Source: a virus (taxonomy: Duplodnaviria > Caudoviricetes). Taken from it: DNA of 64,000 nt. Where the stretch lies: the IMG/VR virus record IMGVR_UViG_3300037312_000268, positions 1-64,000 of that record, one strand, 5' to 3'. Made by a program: the position numbers and the translations under genes. Below are positions 56,180-64,000 of this stretch, in pieces. Position 1 is the first letter of the stretch. Each line of letters opens with the position of its first letter. The notes beneath the pieces were generated by a model, which saw nothing but the letters and a program-made list of their open reading frames with translations, was not told where the DNA came from and ran no database searches.

Positions 56180-56827
56180 ATGAAACAAGTTATCGCTCGC
56201 ATCTATCCCCTCACGAACACTCCAGTGATCTTCGACGTGGACTCCCGCGCAGAGGGTAACGGACGCCTCAAAGCGTTCATGAACGGCAAGGATGTTGAAG
56301 TGGGCTATGATTTCTATATGCACACGGAGCATCTTCCTGCTGATCAAGCCCTTCAAGTGGCACAGGCATACGCTAAGCATATCAACCTTCCTGAACATGA
56401 TATCTTGGTTCGTCAACGCTTCCCCAAGACGAAGCCCCTGCCGCGTAAGCTGAACGATGCCAACCTTGTACTTGTGCAGAAAGACGAACAAAAGAAGGGT
56501 CAGCCGGAATCTCTGCAACAGCTTGCGCAAGAAATGCATGACAAGGAAACAAAAAAGCCAGAACAGAAAGCCTCTGCTGACAAGCCTGAAGGCGCTGTTG
56601 TAAAGCGTTCGGCAGAAGAAAAGAAGCGAGCATATAACAAAAAGACAAACAAGCGCTCTGAAGCTGCAATGAAGCGTTATCTCGCCGAGCTTGGTCAAGT
56701 GGCTGCTGAGTCGCCCACGTTGCTTCAACCTGTTGTGCCGGGTCCGGGTGTGACGCAAGCTGAGATTGATGATGCCACGATGCAACTCGCAATCAAACTT
56801 GCAAAGCTGTTGAAGAACGTAATGTAG
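56180..56827 (+). CDS. Hypothetical protein (monocistronic, Lys/Glu-rich middle)
   Basis: TAGGAG RBS; 215 aa; own promoter and terminator. Confidence 0.75.
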   Translation: MKQVIARIYPLTNTPVIFDVDSRAEGNGRLKAFMNGKDVEVGYDFYMHTEHLPADQALQVAQAYAKHINLPEHDILVRQRFPKTKPLPRKLNDANLVLVQKDEQKKGQPESLQQLAQEMHDKETKKPEQKASADKPEGAVVKRSAEEKKRAYNKKTNKRSEAAMKRYLAELGQVAAESPTLLQPVVPGPGVTQAEIDDATMQLAIKLAKLLKNVM

Positions 56828-56856
56828 GAATTATCCCTCCTCGTGAAGCACCTTTG

Positions 56857-56885
56857 CCCCAGCCTCGTGCTGGGGTTTTTCTTTT
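56857..56885 (+). terminator. Rho-independent terminator
   Basis: CCCCAGC-CTCGT-GCTGGGG then TTTTTCTTTT. Confidence 0.85.
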
Positions 56886-56901
56886 GTACGACAGATTTGT
56901 G

Positions 56902-56931
56902 TTGACAGCCATAAGAATCTTAGGATACACT
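56902..56931 (+). promoter_or_regulatory. sigma70-type promoter
   Basis: TTGACA-18 nt-TACACT. Confidence 0.55.
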
Positions 56932-56966
56932 AGAAACACCTTAACAAATTTAAGAGGAGGAACAAC

Positions 56967-58001
56967 ATGACTGAACGTGCAATGGCGTCTATCCGCCGCA
57001 TCTCTGAAATCCGCAACCATCCAAACGCTGACAAACTCGACATCGCCATCATCGACGGATGGCAACTTGTGACAGCAAAAGACAACGGCTTCAAAGCTGG
57101 CGATATCGTGGTCTACTGTGAGATTGATTCGTGGATTCCTAGCGAGGTTGCCCCATTCCTGTCGAAAGGAAAAGAACCGCGCGAGTACAACGGTGTGAAG
57201 GGTGAACGCCTGAAATCCATCAAGCTTCGTGGAGAACTTAGTCAAGGGTTGATTCTTCCGTTGAACATTTTAGAGGCTATTCCTGAATATCCCACAGTTT
57301 ACACGGAAGGGAAAGATGTCTCAAACGCTTTGCGCATCCAAAAATGGGAACGCCCAATGAATCCACAGCTTGCAGGACAAGCCAAGGGATATTTCCCGTC
57401 GTTCCTGCGCAAGACGGATCAAGAGCGTATCCAGAACGAATTTAAACGTATGAAAGCAGAACACTTCGCTGACACGTATGAAGTAACGCTTAAGCTTGAC
57501 GGCTCCAGCATGACCGTGTATTACAACAATGGCGAATTTGGTGTATGCTCTCGTAATCTGGAATTGAAGATTAATGAAGAAAATGCAGGCAATGCATTCA
57601 TCAAAAAGGCTGTTGAACTTGGCTTGGAAGAAAAGCTTCGTGCTTATGGAAAGAACATTGCCATTCAAGGAGAGTTGTGGGGGAATGGTATCAACGGCAA
57701 TCATGAGGGAATTTCACACCATGAGTTCTCTGTGTTTGATATCTTTGATATTGATGAACAGCGTTATCTTGGTGCGGAGGTTCGTCATGGCATCTGCCAC
57801 AGACTTGGCCTACAACACACGCCTGTGATTGAAGGTATTGACTTGCGGAATTTCAAATCTGTGCAAGACTTCCTTGCTTATGCAGAACGCCCAAGCATCA
57901 ATAATAAGATTGCAGAAGGTGTTGTCTTTAAGAGCATGAGCAATCCTGAGTATTCGTTTAAATGCATTAACAATCAGTATTTACTGGAGGGCGGAGAATA
58001 A
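56967..58001 (+). CDS. ATP-dependent RNA ligase (DRB0094 / Rnl2-like family)
   Basis: N-terminal HPNADKL...VVY.EIDS domain; motif I KLDGSS; GELWG; FDI; EGVVFK; FK.IN..YLL. Confidence 0.92.
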   Translation: MTERAMASIRRISEIRNHPNADKLDIAIIDGWQLVTAKDNGFKAGDIVVYCEIDSWIPSEVAPFLSKGKEPREYNGVKGERLKSIKLRGELSQGLILPLNILEAIPEYPTVYTEGKDVSNALRIQKWERPMNPQLAGQAKGYFPSFLRKTDQERIQNEFKRMKAEHFADTYEVTLKLDGSSMTVYYNNGEFGVCSRNLELKINEENAGNAFIKKAVELGLEEKLRAYGKNIAIQGELWGNGINGNHEGISHHEFSVFDIFDIDEQRYLGAEVRHGICHRLGLQHTPVIEGIDLRNFKSVQDFLAYAERPSINNKIAEGVVFKSMSNPEYSFKCINNQYLLEGGE

Positions 58002-58002
58002 C

Positions 58003-58299
58003 ATGATCATTGACAAGCTGAACATGGATATTATGAATATTCCGTGCAATATCCCAGCAGGAGCTACAAACCATGCTGTAAAAACTGCATACAAGTTAGG
58101 TCATCGTGACGCTCGACACGCTGCTGTGGAAGTGGTGTTGGAGCATAACAAGGCCAGCGGGAGCGGCTGTTCCGTCGCTGCCGGGGCGATCCGCGACCAG
58201 ATCACGGCGGACGCAAATTGCATCCTGCACCTGCTGGACACCGTGGACAAGCTGGTGGGCGGCGCGAGCGGCGCCATGCCCCAAGCTAAGACAAAATAA
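58003..58299 (+). CDS. Hypothetical protein with GC-rich 3' half
   Basis: GGAG RBS; 98 aa. Confidence 0.55.
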   Translation: MIIDKLNMDIMNIPCNIPAGATNHAVKTAYKLGHRDARHAAVEVVLEHNKASGSGCSVAAGAIRDQITADANCILHLLDTVDKLVGGASGAMPQAKTK

Positions 58300-58311
58300 C
58301 CATCTTTCACA

Positions 58312-58340
58312 TTGACTAACAGCCATTTCCAAGATAACAT
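58312..58340 (+). promoter_or_regulatory. sigma70-type promoter
   Basis: TTGACT-17 nt-TAACAT. Confidence 0.55.
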
Positions 58341-58371
58341 GTTTGCATATAAACAAACAAAGGAAATCGGA

Positions 58372-58830
58372 ATGGCTGAAATGTCTATGTACGAAATCAC
58401 AATTCTCAGTGCGACAGATATAGAGTTGTATGCTTACATCAAACACTTCTCTCTCGATAAAGATTGGCCTTTAGAAATCATGCACAACGGAGTAAAATAC
58501 ACGTACGAGGTTTATTGGACCCTTCCTACCGAAATGGGAAGTGGATACGTGCAAGCTGCTCGCTATCTTAATGAGGAATGAATGAACACAATTAAACATT
58601 TCGCATACACACTCATCACCCTTGTCGTGTTTGCTTTCGGATTGACATTCTTAAACCAATCAACGGAGCTTAACAATGCTGCTGTTGTGATGTCTCTTTC
58701 AGTTATTACGTTTGCAGGTTATTTATCGTACGAACTCATCACAACTGAAGATTATAAAATGGTGCCATTTCTTGTATTTGGTGCTGTGATTGCTACTTTG
58801 TTTGCTGCAATGTATCGCTACGGAGGCTGA
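58372..58830 (+). CDS. Two small ORFs (58372..58581; 58582..58830 three-TM membrane protein)
   Basis: RBSs present; second ORF strongly hydrophobic. Confidence 0.55.
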
Positions 58831-58968
58831 TGTGAAGAAAACATTCATTGCTGTAGGATTGGCTATTGTGTCAACACTGATGTTTATGGATTGGGCCAAT
58901 TACGAGCACCACTTGAAAGAAAAGAGAGAAGCAATTTTGGCGGGAACGTATGATGGGAAATAATGTTT

Positions 58969-58992
58969 AGAGGGCCGCATGGCCCTCTTTTC
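58969..58992 (+). terminator. Rho-independent terminator
   Basis: AGAGGGCC-GCAT-GGCCCTCT then TTT. Confidence 0.8.
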
Positions 58993-59312
58993 ATTTTGGA
59001 ATCTGAAACGTGTTCATATTCAGAATTTCGTTGATGACTCAGGATCACAACACCCCTGCGATCAACGAGGCCATATAAGATTTTCTGTGTAAATTTAGTC
59101 CGGTGCAGGATTTTCTGAGATTGTGTAAAGATTTCTTAGGTCGATGCTGAAAGGTAGTGTGTTTCTCTAAGATGCTTATCGTGATAACGGACATCGTGAT
59201 AAGGATTGTCTTCATATCGATTGCAGGTTCAACGCCACAGGTACAATGCTATATAGAGAACGTCTAAATCCTCGTGTTTGGTGCTTATGTGGGCTTGTCG
59301 GACTAAAAGTGC

Positions 59313-59341
59313 TTGACACGCTTTTTGTTCTGGTCTAAGAT
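59313..59341 (+). promoter_or_regulatory. sigma70-type early promoter
   Basis: GTGC-TTGACA-17 nt-TAAGAT. Confidence 0.75.
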
Positions 59342-59375
59342 GTACTCATTGCAGCGAAAACCAACGGAGAACATC

Positions 59376-59588
59376 ATGATTGTCAAAGAATTGAGCTACG
59401 CATACCCTTCTAGTACGATGGCTAAAAAGCTTGGCTTTGCTCGTACAGGTTGCTACTTCGTGACCACTGGTGAAGAGGATGCAGATTACGATATGCGTAA
59501 AGTTGTGCAAGGATTTGACAAGAAAGAAGATGCGCAAAAATGCATGGACGATATCAATTTTCCTATTGGTTTCTACAGCATAAAATAA
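59376..59588 (+). CDS. Hypothetical protein
   Basis: Start moved to ATG 59376 (GGAG RBS). Confidence 0.6.
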   Translation: MIVKELSYAYPSSTMAKKLGFARTGCYFVTTGEEDADYDMRKVVQGFDKKEDAQKCMDDINFPIGFYSIK

Positions 59589-59591
59589 AGC

Positions 59592-59620
59592 TTGACAGCT
59601 TCCAGATAAACAAGCATACT
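59592..59620 (+). promoter_or_regulatory. sigma70-type early promoter
   Basis: TTGACA-17 nt-CATACT. Confidence 0.65.
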
Positions 59621-59653
59621 AAGCACATCAACAAACATTTAGGAGCAAACCAA

Positions 59654-60199
59654 ATGAACGCACAAGAGAAAGATAACGCATATACGCAAGCTGTTGCACA
59701 AGCTAACAGCATCACTGCAATGGTAGCAGCGCTGGAAGTTGATTATGATCGTCTGGAAGAATTGAAAGATGAGCTTGAAAGTGCTTGCGAAGATCAGGCA
59801 GAGGGAAACAGTTTTGACGTTTGGGTGGTGAATCAGGCTAACGACGATCAGGCAATGTTCCATGATGCAGCTATTGAATATCATGATTTAGTGGAAGCAG
59901 CAAATGGCAACGAATGTGAAGACGGAGCACGCGAAGCTATCCAGAATGATGCTCTTGACGTGCAAGTGCGCTCCGACTGGCATGCACCGGGTGGTGACAA
60001 CAAGCCTAGCGAATTTCAGATTCTGCTGTGCACTGGCGGCCCTGCCGTGCGAATCATTGGCGAACTGGACAATTATAGCGAACCGTGCCGCGCTTGGATC
60101 GAATATCAAGATTGGTTTCAACCGTGGCAAGAGGCTGTCGGTGTTATTGAGCAAGATGTTTTGCTGACGTATTGCCGACAATTCTGGTTTGGGGAGTGA
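59654..60199 (+). CDS. Conserved phage early hypothetical protein
   Basis: Start moved to ATG 59654 (TAGGAG RBS); ILL.TGGP.VRI.G...QDW..PW motif. Confidence 0.65.
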   Translation: MNAQEKDNAYTQAVAQANSITAMVAALEVDYDRLEELKDELESACEDQAEGNSFDVWVVNQANDDQAMFHDAAIEYHDLVEAANGNECEDGAREAIQNDALDVQVRSDWHAPGGDNKPSEFQILLCTGGPAVRIIGELDNYSEPCRAWIEYQDWFQPWQEAVGVIEQDVLLTYCRQFWFGE

Positions 60200-60201
60200 T
60201 T

Positions 60202-61241
60202 ATGAGTCTTTCTTACCGACCAGACTTTAAAGCTATCGCTGAGTGCATGGAGGAAGAAATTGCACAAGCCACAGAACGGGCCGCACATAAATATTTAGAA
60301 ATATTCAGGCAAATGTTAGGGAAGTACAATTTCAGCCGTCATAAAATAACTCTCTTCTGTGCAATGGGTGTAAGTAATGTGATGGTAGATGACAAATTCT
60401 TGCATGAGCGCCCTAATTGGAAAGAGAATGCACCGTATAAGCTATTACAAGAAATTGAGGAGTGCATGGACTGGGATTGGGCATATCATCTTGACGGTAA
60501 AAGTTTGAATTAAGGAATAACATCATGGCTGAAATCATTGGAAACTATCGCGTTTATTCGTCAAACTCCTCACGCAATCAGCGCCCTAGCGTAACTGTCC
60601 GTCGTGACGATGGGGCAATCGTGGCAAGGATTTATTCTGAAAAGAGTCAACCTTTGCGCTTCCTTCGCAATTGGATTAACTGCACTGAACGCTTGGAGCT
60701 AGTGGACCAGCTACGCGGCAATGGCGTTCCACCGGGCATTATCAAGGAAATCATCTCTGTGAAGGATTGACGATATGCTAACCATCAAATGGCGTTACGA
60801 GTCGGACAACTGGCACGAATACATAACAGAAGATAGTGCCATTGCTGGACAAATTTTCCGCTTGAAGGTGTTGGAACCGAAAATTATGGAAGTGAATCTT
60901 TGCAGAGACGATGTTCTAATCATCCGGTATGTGAAAGAAGATGAGGAAGATTAAAAATGCGACCAATAAAAACTAAATACTACCAAGGGAAACGTTATCA
61001 CGATCCCGTACAAGTTAATAGCGCAAGTGATGCGAATTGGGCTGTTGCTAAATGTGTTGCCCATATGCAAGTGAATCATTATGGAGCAACGAGCGCTGAA
61101 GTGTACGACGACAATACAGGCGAATTGCACGCTATCGTTACACGAAGCATTAACGGGCGAATTCAGATTGAATACAGGCGTGATCCTGTTAAGTTTGAGA
61201 CGAGATTAGCTATTGGCGCATTGTTTGGAAAGGGGAAATGA
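60202..61241 (+). CDS. Four small hypothetical ORFs (60202..60513, 60525..60770, 60775..60954, 60957..61241)
   Basis: Packed ORFs with RBSs. Confidence 0.55.
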
Positions 61242-61242
61242 A

Positions 61243-61389
61243 ATGCCTATGTCATATTGGGAAGGTTATAAGGCGTTCCAAAATGGTAAACCCTATGAAA
61301 GTTGCCCTTATCCGTTTGTTGACGAAGAAGAAAGCGATCATAAATGGTGGGTTAGCGGATGGTATGATGCGAGGAGTGACAGCAAATGA
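61243..61389 (+). CDS. Ribosome modulation factor-like small protein (48 aa, missed by track)
   Basis: MPMSYWEGYKAFQNGKPYESCPYPFVDEEESDHKWWVSGWYDARSDSK; GY.A...G....CPY...W..GW..A matches the RMF pattern. Confidence 0.6.
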   Translation: MPMSYWEGYKAFQNGKPYESCPYPFVDEEESDHKWWVSGWYDARSDSK

Positions 61390-62582
61390 ACAAACAACAA
61401 GCCCACGAATTGAAGCTCAAGATGGCCCTGTTCGCTGAAGCGACCGCAATGCTTGCTTTGCTAAAAGATAAAGAGCAATCTAAATGGGATTTAGCTCTGT
61501 CAGCACGAGACAGAGCACGAGAGGAACTATATACGTTTATTGATGAATTGACGGAGGAATAAATGAGCTACACAAAAGAAGAATGGAAAGTTGAAGGCAC
61601 AACGGTTTATGCCGAGTGCCCTAGTAACGCCAATCAGTGCCGTTTTTGGGCAGAGTGTTATTCATCAACGGATGCTACAAAAGAGGAATTGGTTGCAAAT
61701 GCGCGTTTAATGGCAGCATCGCCGTTATTGTTGGAAGCTTTGCAAGCAGTAACACAAACTCTTTCATGGCAATACTTCGGAGAGTGTAGAGGTTTTGACG
61801 AAGGGTTGCTTGCACCAAAGGATGCAGTAGATAAAGCACTAGCAGCAATCAAGAAAGCTTTGGGAGAATGAAATGAACAAGCCACATAAACACAAAAGTT
61901 TGATTGTTGCATGGTCTGACGGTGCTATCATCCAATACTGGAACACATATGCCACTGTCCCACATTGGGTGGACGTTGTAGACAATAAGCCTGAATGGGA
62001 TGAAGGCACAGAATACCGCATCAAGCCAGAAAAGGAATATCCGAAAAGCACTCTTGATTATGACGATTTGTGCAAGCTTGTGAATCGTGCTGCACAAGAA
62101 CACCGAAAAGAGGGGACACATCAAGGTATTCAAACTTTCATAGCTAGGATTGTTGCTGATGCTGCGGTTAAGCGTTACATTCAGGAGAACGAAAAATGAC
62201 TTGGATTCTTTTTGTTTGGATTATCGGCTACCACGACAACCAATCACAAATCACACAAGAATTTGTCAGCAAAGAGCGTTGCGTATCTGCTGCTGATGAA
62301 TGGCGTAAAAGGGTAGATAACACTAGATCATATAGTGATTTTCAAGTCAGGGTGTTGTGTGTTCCTAAATGAGGAGAATCAGTAATGAGCCGAGACATAT
62401 ACACAAGAGTGTGCAATGGTGAGCTAATCAACGATGTCGACCTTGCACAAGCAATCAAGGACTACAAAGCCGCAGAGGCAGCATTGTTTAAGCTTGGTCC
62501 TTCGTTTGAGATTGCACGGAAAGCTGTGACGATGACATTGATTACCCTTGAAGGGTTTGAACAAGCTAGGCGTAAGATGTAA
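61386..62582 (+). CDS. Run of small early ORFs (61386..61562, 61563..61871, 61873..62199, 62196..62372, 62385..62582)
   Basis: Coupled ORFs; 61563..61871 has the common ANARL.AA.P.LLEAL motif. Confidence 0.55.
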
Positions 62583-62589
62583 ATAGTGC

Positions 62590-62619
62590 TTGACTTGCTT
62601 GTATAAGGCACTGTACACT
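62590..62619 (+). promoter_or_regulatory. sigma70-type promoter
   Basis: GTGC-TTGACT-18 nt-TACACT. Confidence 0.55.
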
Positions 62620-62667
62620 AGCTCTACAGTCTCGCCAGAGACACACAATGAACGAAGGAAGGAAACT

Positions 62668-63660
62668 ATGAACATCACTTGCACAAACAGAGAGTTGACA
62701 TACGCCCAAATCCGGCATATCGTGTTGGAAGAGGCAGCGCAAGCTATCCTTGACGATACTGTTGTTGTACAAGGTGAGGAATGTTACAGAATGAATGCAC
62801 AGTATTTCGCAAACAAACTTCGTCAAATGCGCCATGAGGGGACAAAATGAAAACGCTTAAAGCTATCGTTGCACATATGTTTGAAAGCCCGTGGACCTAC
62901 AGCGACCATTGTAATGTCCGCACAAACAAAGTTACAGGTAAAGTGGAATACTGGCACGTCGATCCGTGGGGAGGCTGGTATGATGATGAGCCACAGTTTG
63001 CGGGGTGAGAAATGAACAACACTAACAGAATCTACAGCACAGAAAACAATTATCTCTGTTGTCTTGTCAAAAGCGCATGGGGATATGACATTGTATTCCC
63101 TCCGGAAGAGACGCTTAAAAGCAAACATGTTAAACGTCTGGACGATGCTTATTGGTGGCTTGATTATTACTTTGGCTTGGGTGAATGGGTGCTGAAATGA
63201 ACAAACAAGAGTTATCTATTCTTGAACGTGCTTTCATTCTTGAAATTGAGTCAGCGCTCAACAAAGGGCCGTACCTGTTGCAGACAAAGAGTAAGGTAGC
63301 GGCTGCATTGGCTCAGGAAGGCTATCTAGAGGCCACGCAGGAGGTTTTCAAGGGCGTTGTGTTGAAAGGGTACAGGTTGACACATCTTGGGCGTATGACG
63401 TATTGTGAGACGTGCGAGGGGGAGTGATGGCCCGTAGCTCTTGGAATTCATGGCTGCTAACGTTTGAGCTAGGCGAAAGACGCTACGTTGACACAACGTT
63501 AGAACGCTACGCATCGGACATGAGGACAATCAACACCCCAAAGAGTAGACGGCCTGATATCATGATTGGCCTAGAGTTTGAGACAACGTTGTTTACTGCC
63601 GTCTCTGCGAGCAAAGCGGGTGATGTAAGGTATTTAATTGCGGTGGAAAGGGTGGCTTAA
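62668..63660 (+). CDS. Run of small early ORFs (62668..62850, 62847..63008, 63012..63200, 63197..63427, 63427..63660)
   Basis: Coupled ORFs with RBSs. Confidence 0.55.
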
Positions 63661-63906
63661 CATGGGATACCTAGTACAAGGATTCAACATAGATACACAA
63701 CAGTGGGAAAGCTTGCCATATCAGACGGAAGACTTTCAAACACATTATGTGTGGCCTGTTGAACATATGGCAATTGAAGGAATGAAAACGTAAGCTCAAC
63801 TTTGGCCGGGGGAATACCGTGTGATTCCGGCAAACAAATCTTGACATGCACCAGCACACAGCTTTTGTTCATGTGACGCATCACGAGAATAAATCTTAGA
63901 ATGTGC

Positions 63907-63935
63907 TTGACATGCTTGTTTGTCTTTGCTATAGT
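63907..63935 (+). promoter_or_regulatory. sigma70-type early promoter
   Basis: GTGC-TTGACA-17 nt-TATAGT; AAGGAG RBS and ATG follow at the window edge. Confidence 0.75.
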
Positions 63936-64000
63936 TCTTACATCAGCAGCGCAAACACACTAAGGAGCTAAAAAAATGTTACTCTCTAAAATCGAAGTCA

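Noticed and set aside
61238-61438. Track ORF MKCLCHIGK...
   Set aside because: The overlapping frame 61243..61389 gives an RMF-like protein coupled to the next gene; it is the more plausible coding frame.
1-64000. CRISPR array, diversity-generating retroelement, retron, integrase or IS
   Set aside because: No regularly spaced repeats, reverse transcriptase, recombinase or transposase motifs seen.

Overview
Part of a lytic dsDNA tailed-phage genome (siphovirus-type non-contractile tail; AT-rich overall, GC about 42-45% by eye). It has three blocks. (1) 1-22.3 kb, + strand: neck/tail morphogenesis and lysis. This covers a LamG-FN3-SGNH fibre-like protein, tail terminator, tail tube, tail assembly chaperone with a -1 frameshift, an 1861-aa tape measure, a hub protein, a 1628-aa central fibre ending in a Hint (mini-intein-like) domain, a permuted NlpC/P60 enzyme, holin candidates and an M15 endolysin. 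(2) 22.4-54.6 kb, - strand: replication and nucleotide metabolism. This covers NrdA/NrdB/glutaredoxin, MazG-like, exonucleases, T7-type SSB, family A polymerase, primase-helicase, ThyX, two nucleotidyltransferases, a SleB-like hydrolase and many small ORFs. Seven endonuclease genes occur in the window. (3) 54.7-64 kb, + strand: early-type genes with many sigma70 promoters and an RNA ligase. Head and terminase genes are not in the window. No tRNA, CRISPR array, integrase or reverse transcriptase was seen. The best leads are: a promoter-to-terminator ~115-nt sRNA carrying a 12-nt complement to the ribosome-binding site of the convergent holin-like gene; three tandem proteins sharing only a C-terminal W-x-x-S-x(2-3)-C tag upstream of a nucleotidyltransferase; the fibre Hint domain; a ~380-nt multi-hairpin non-coding element; a duplicated promoter + small gene + endonuclease cassette; and a PEP-CTERM-like secreted protein. 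All family assignments are from motif recognition by eye, not database searches. Start codons were adjusted by hand from RBS and overlap evidence.
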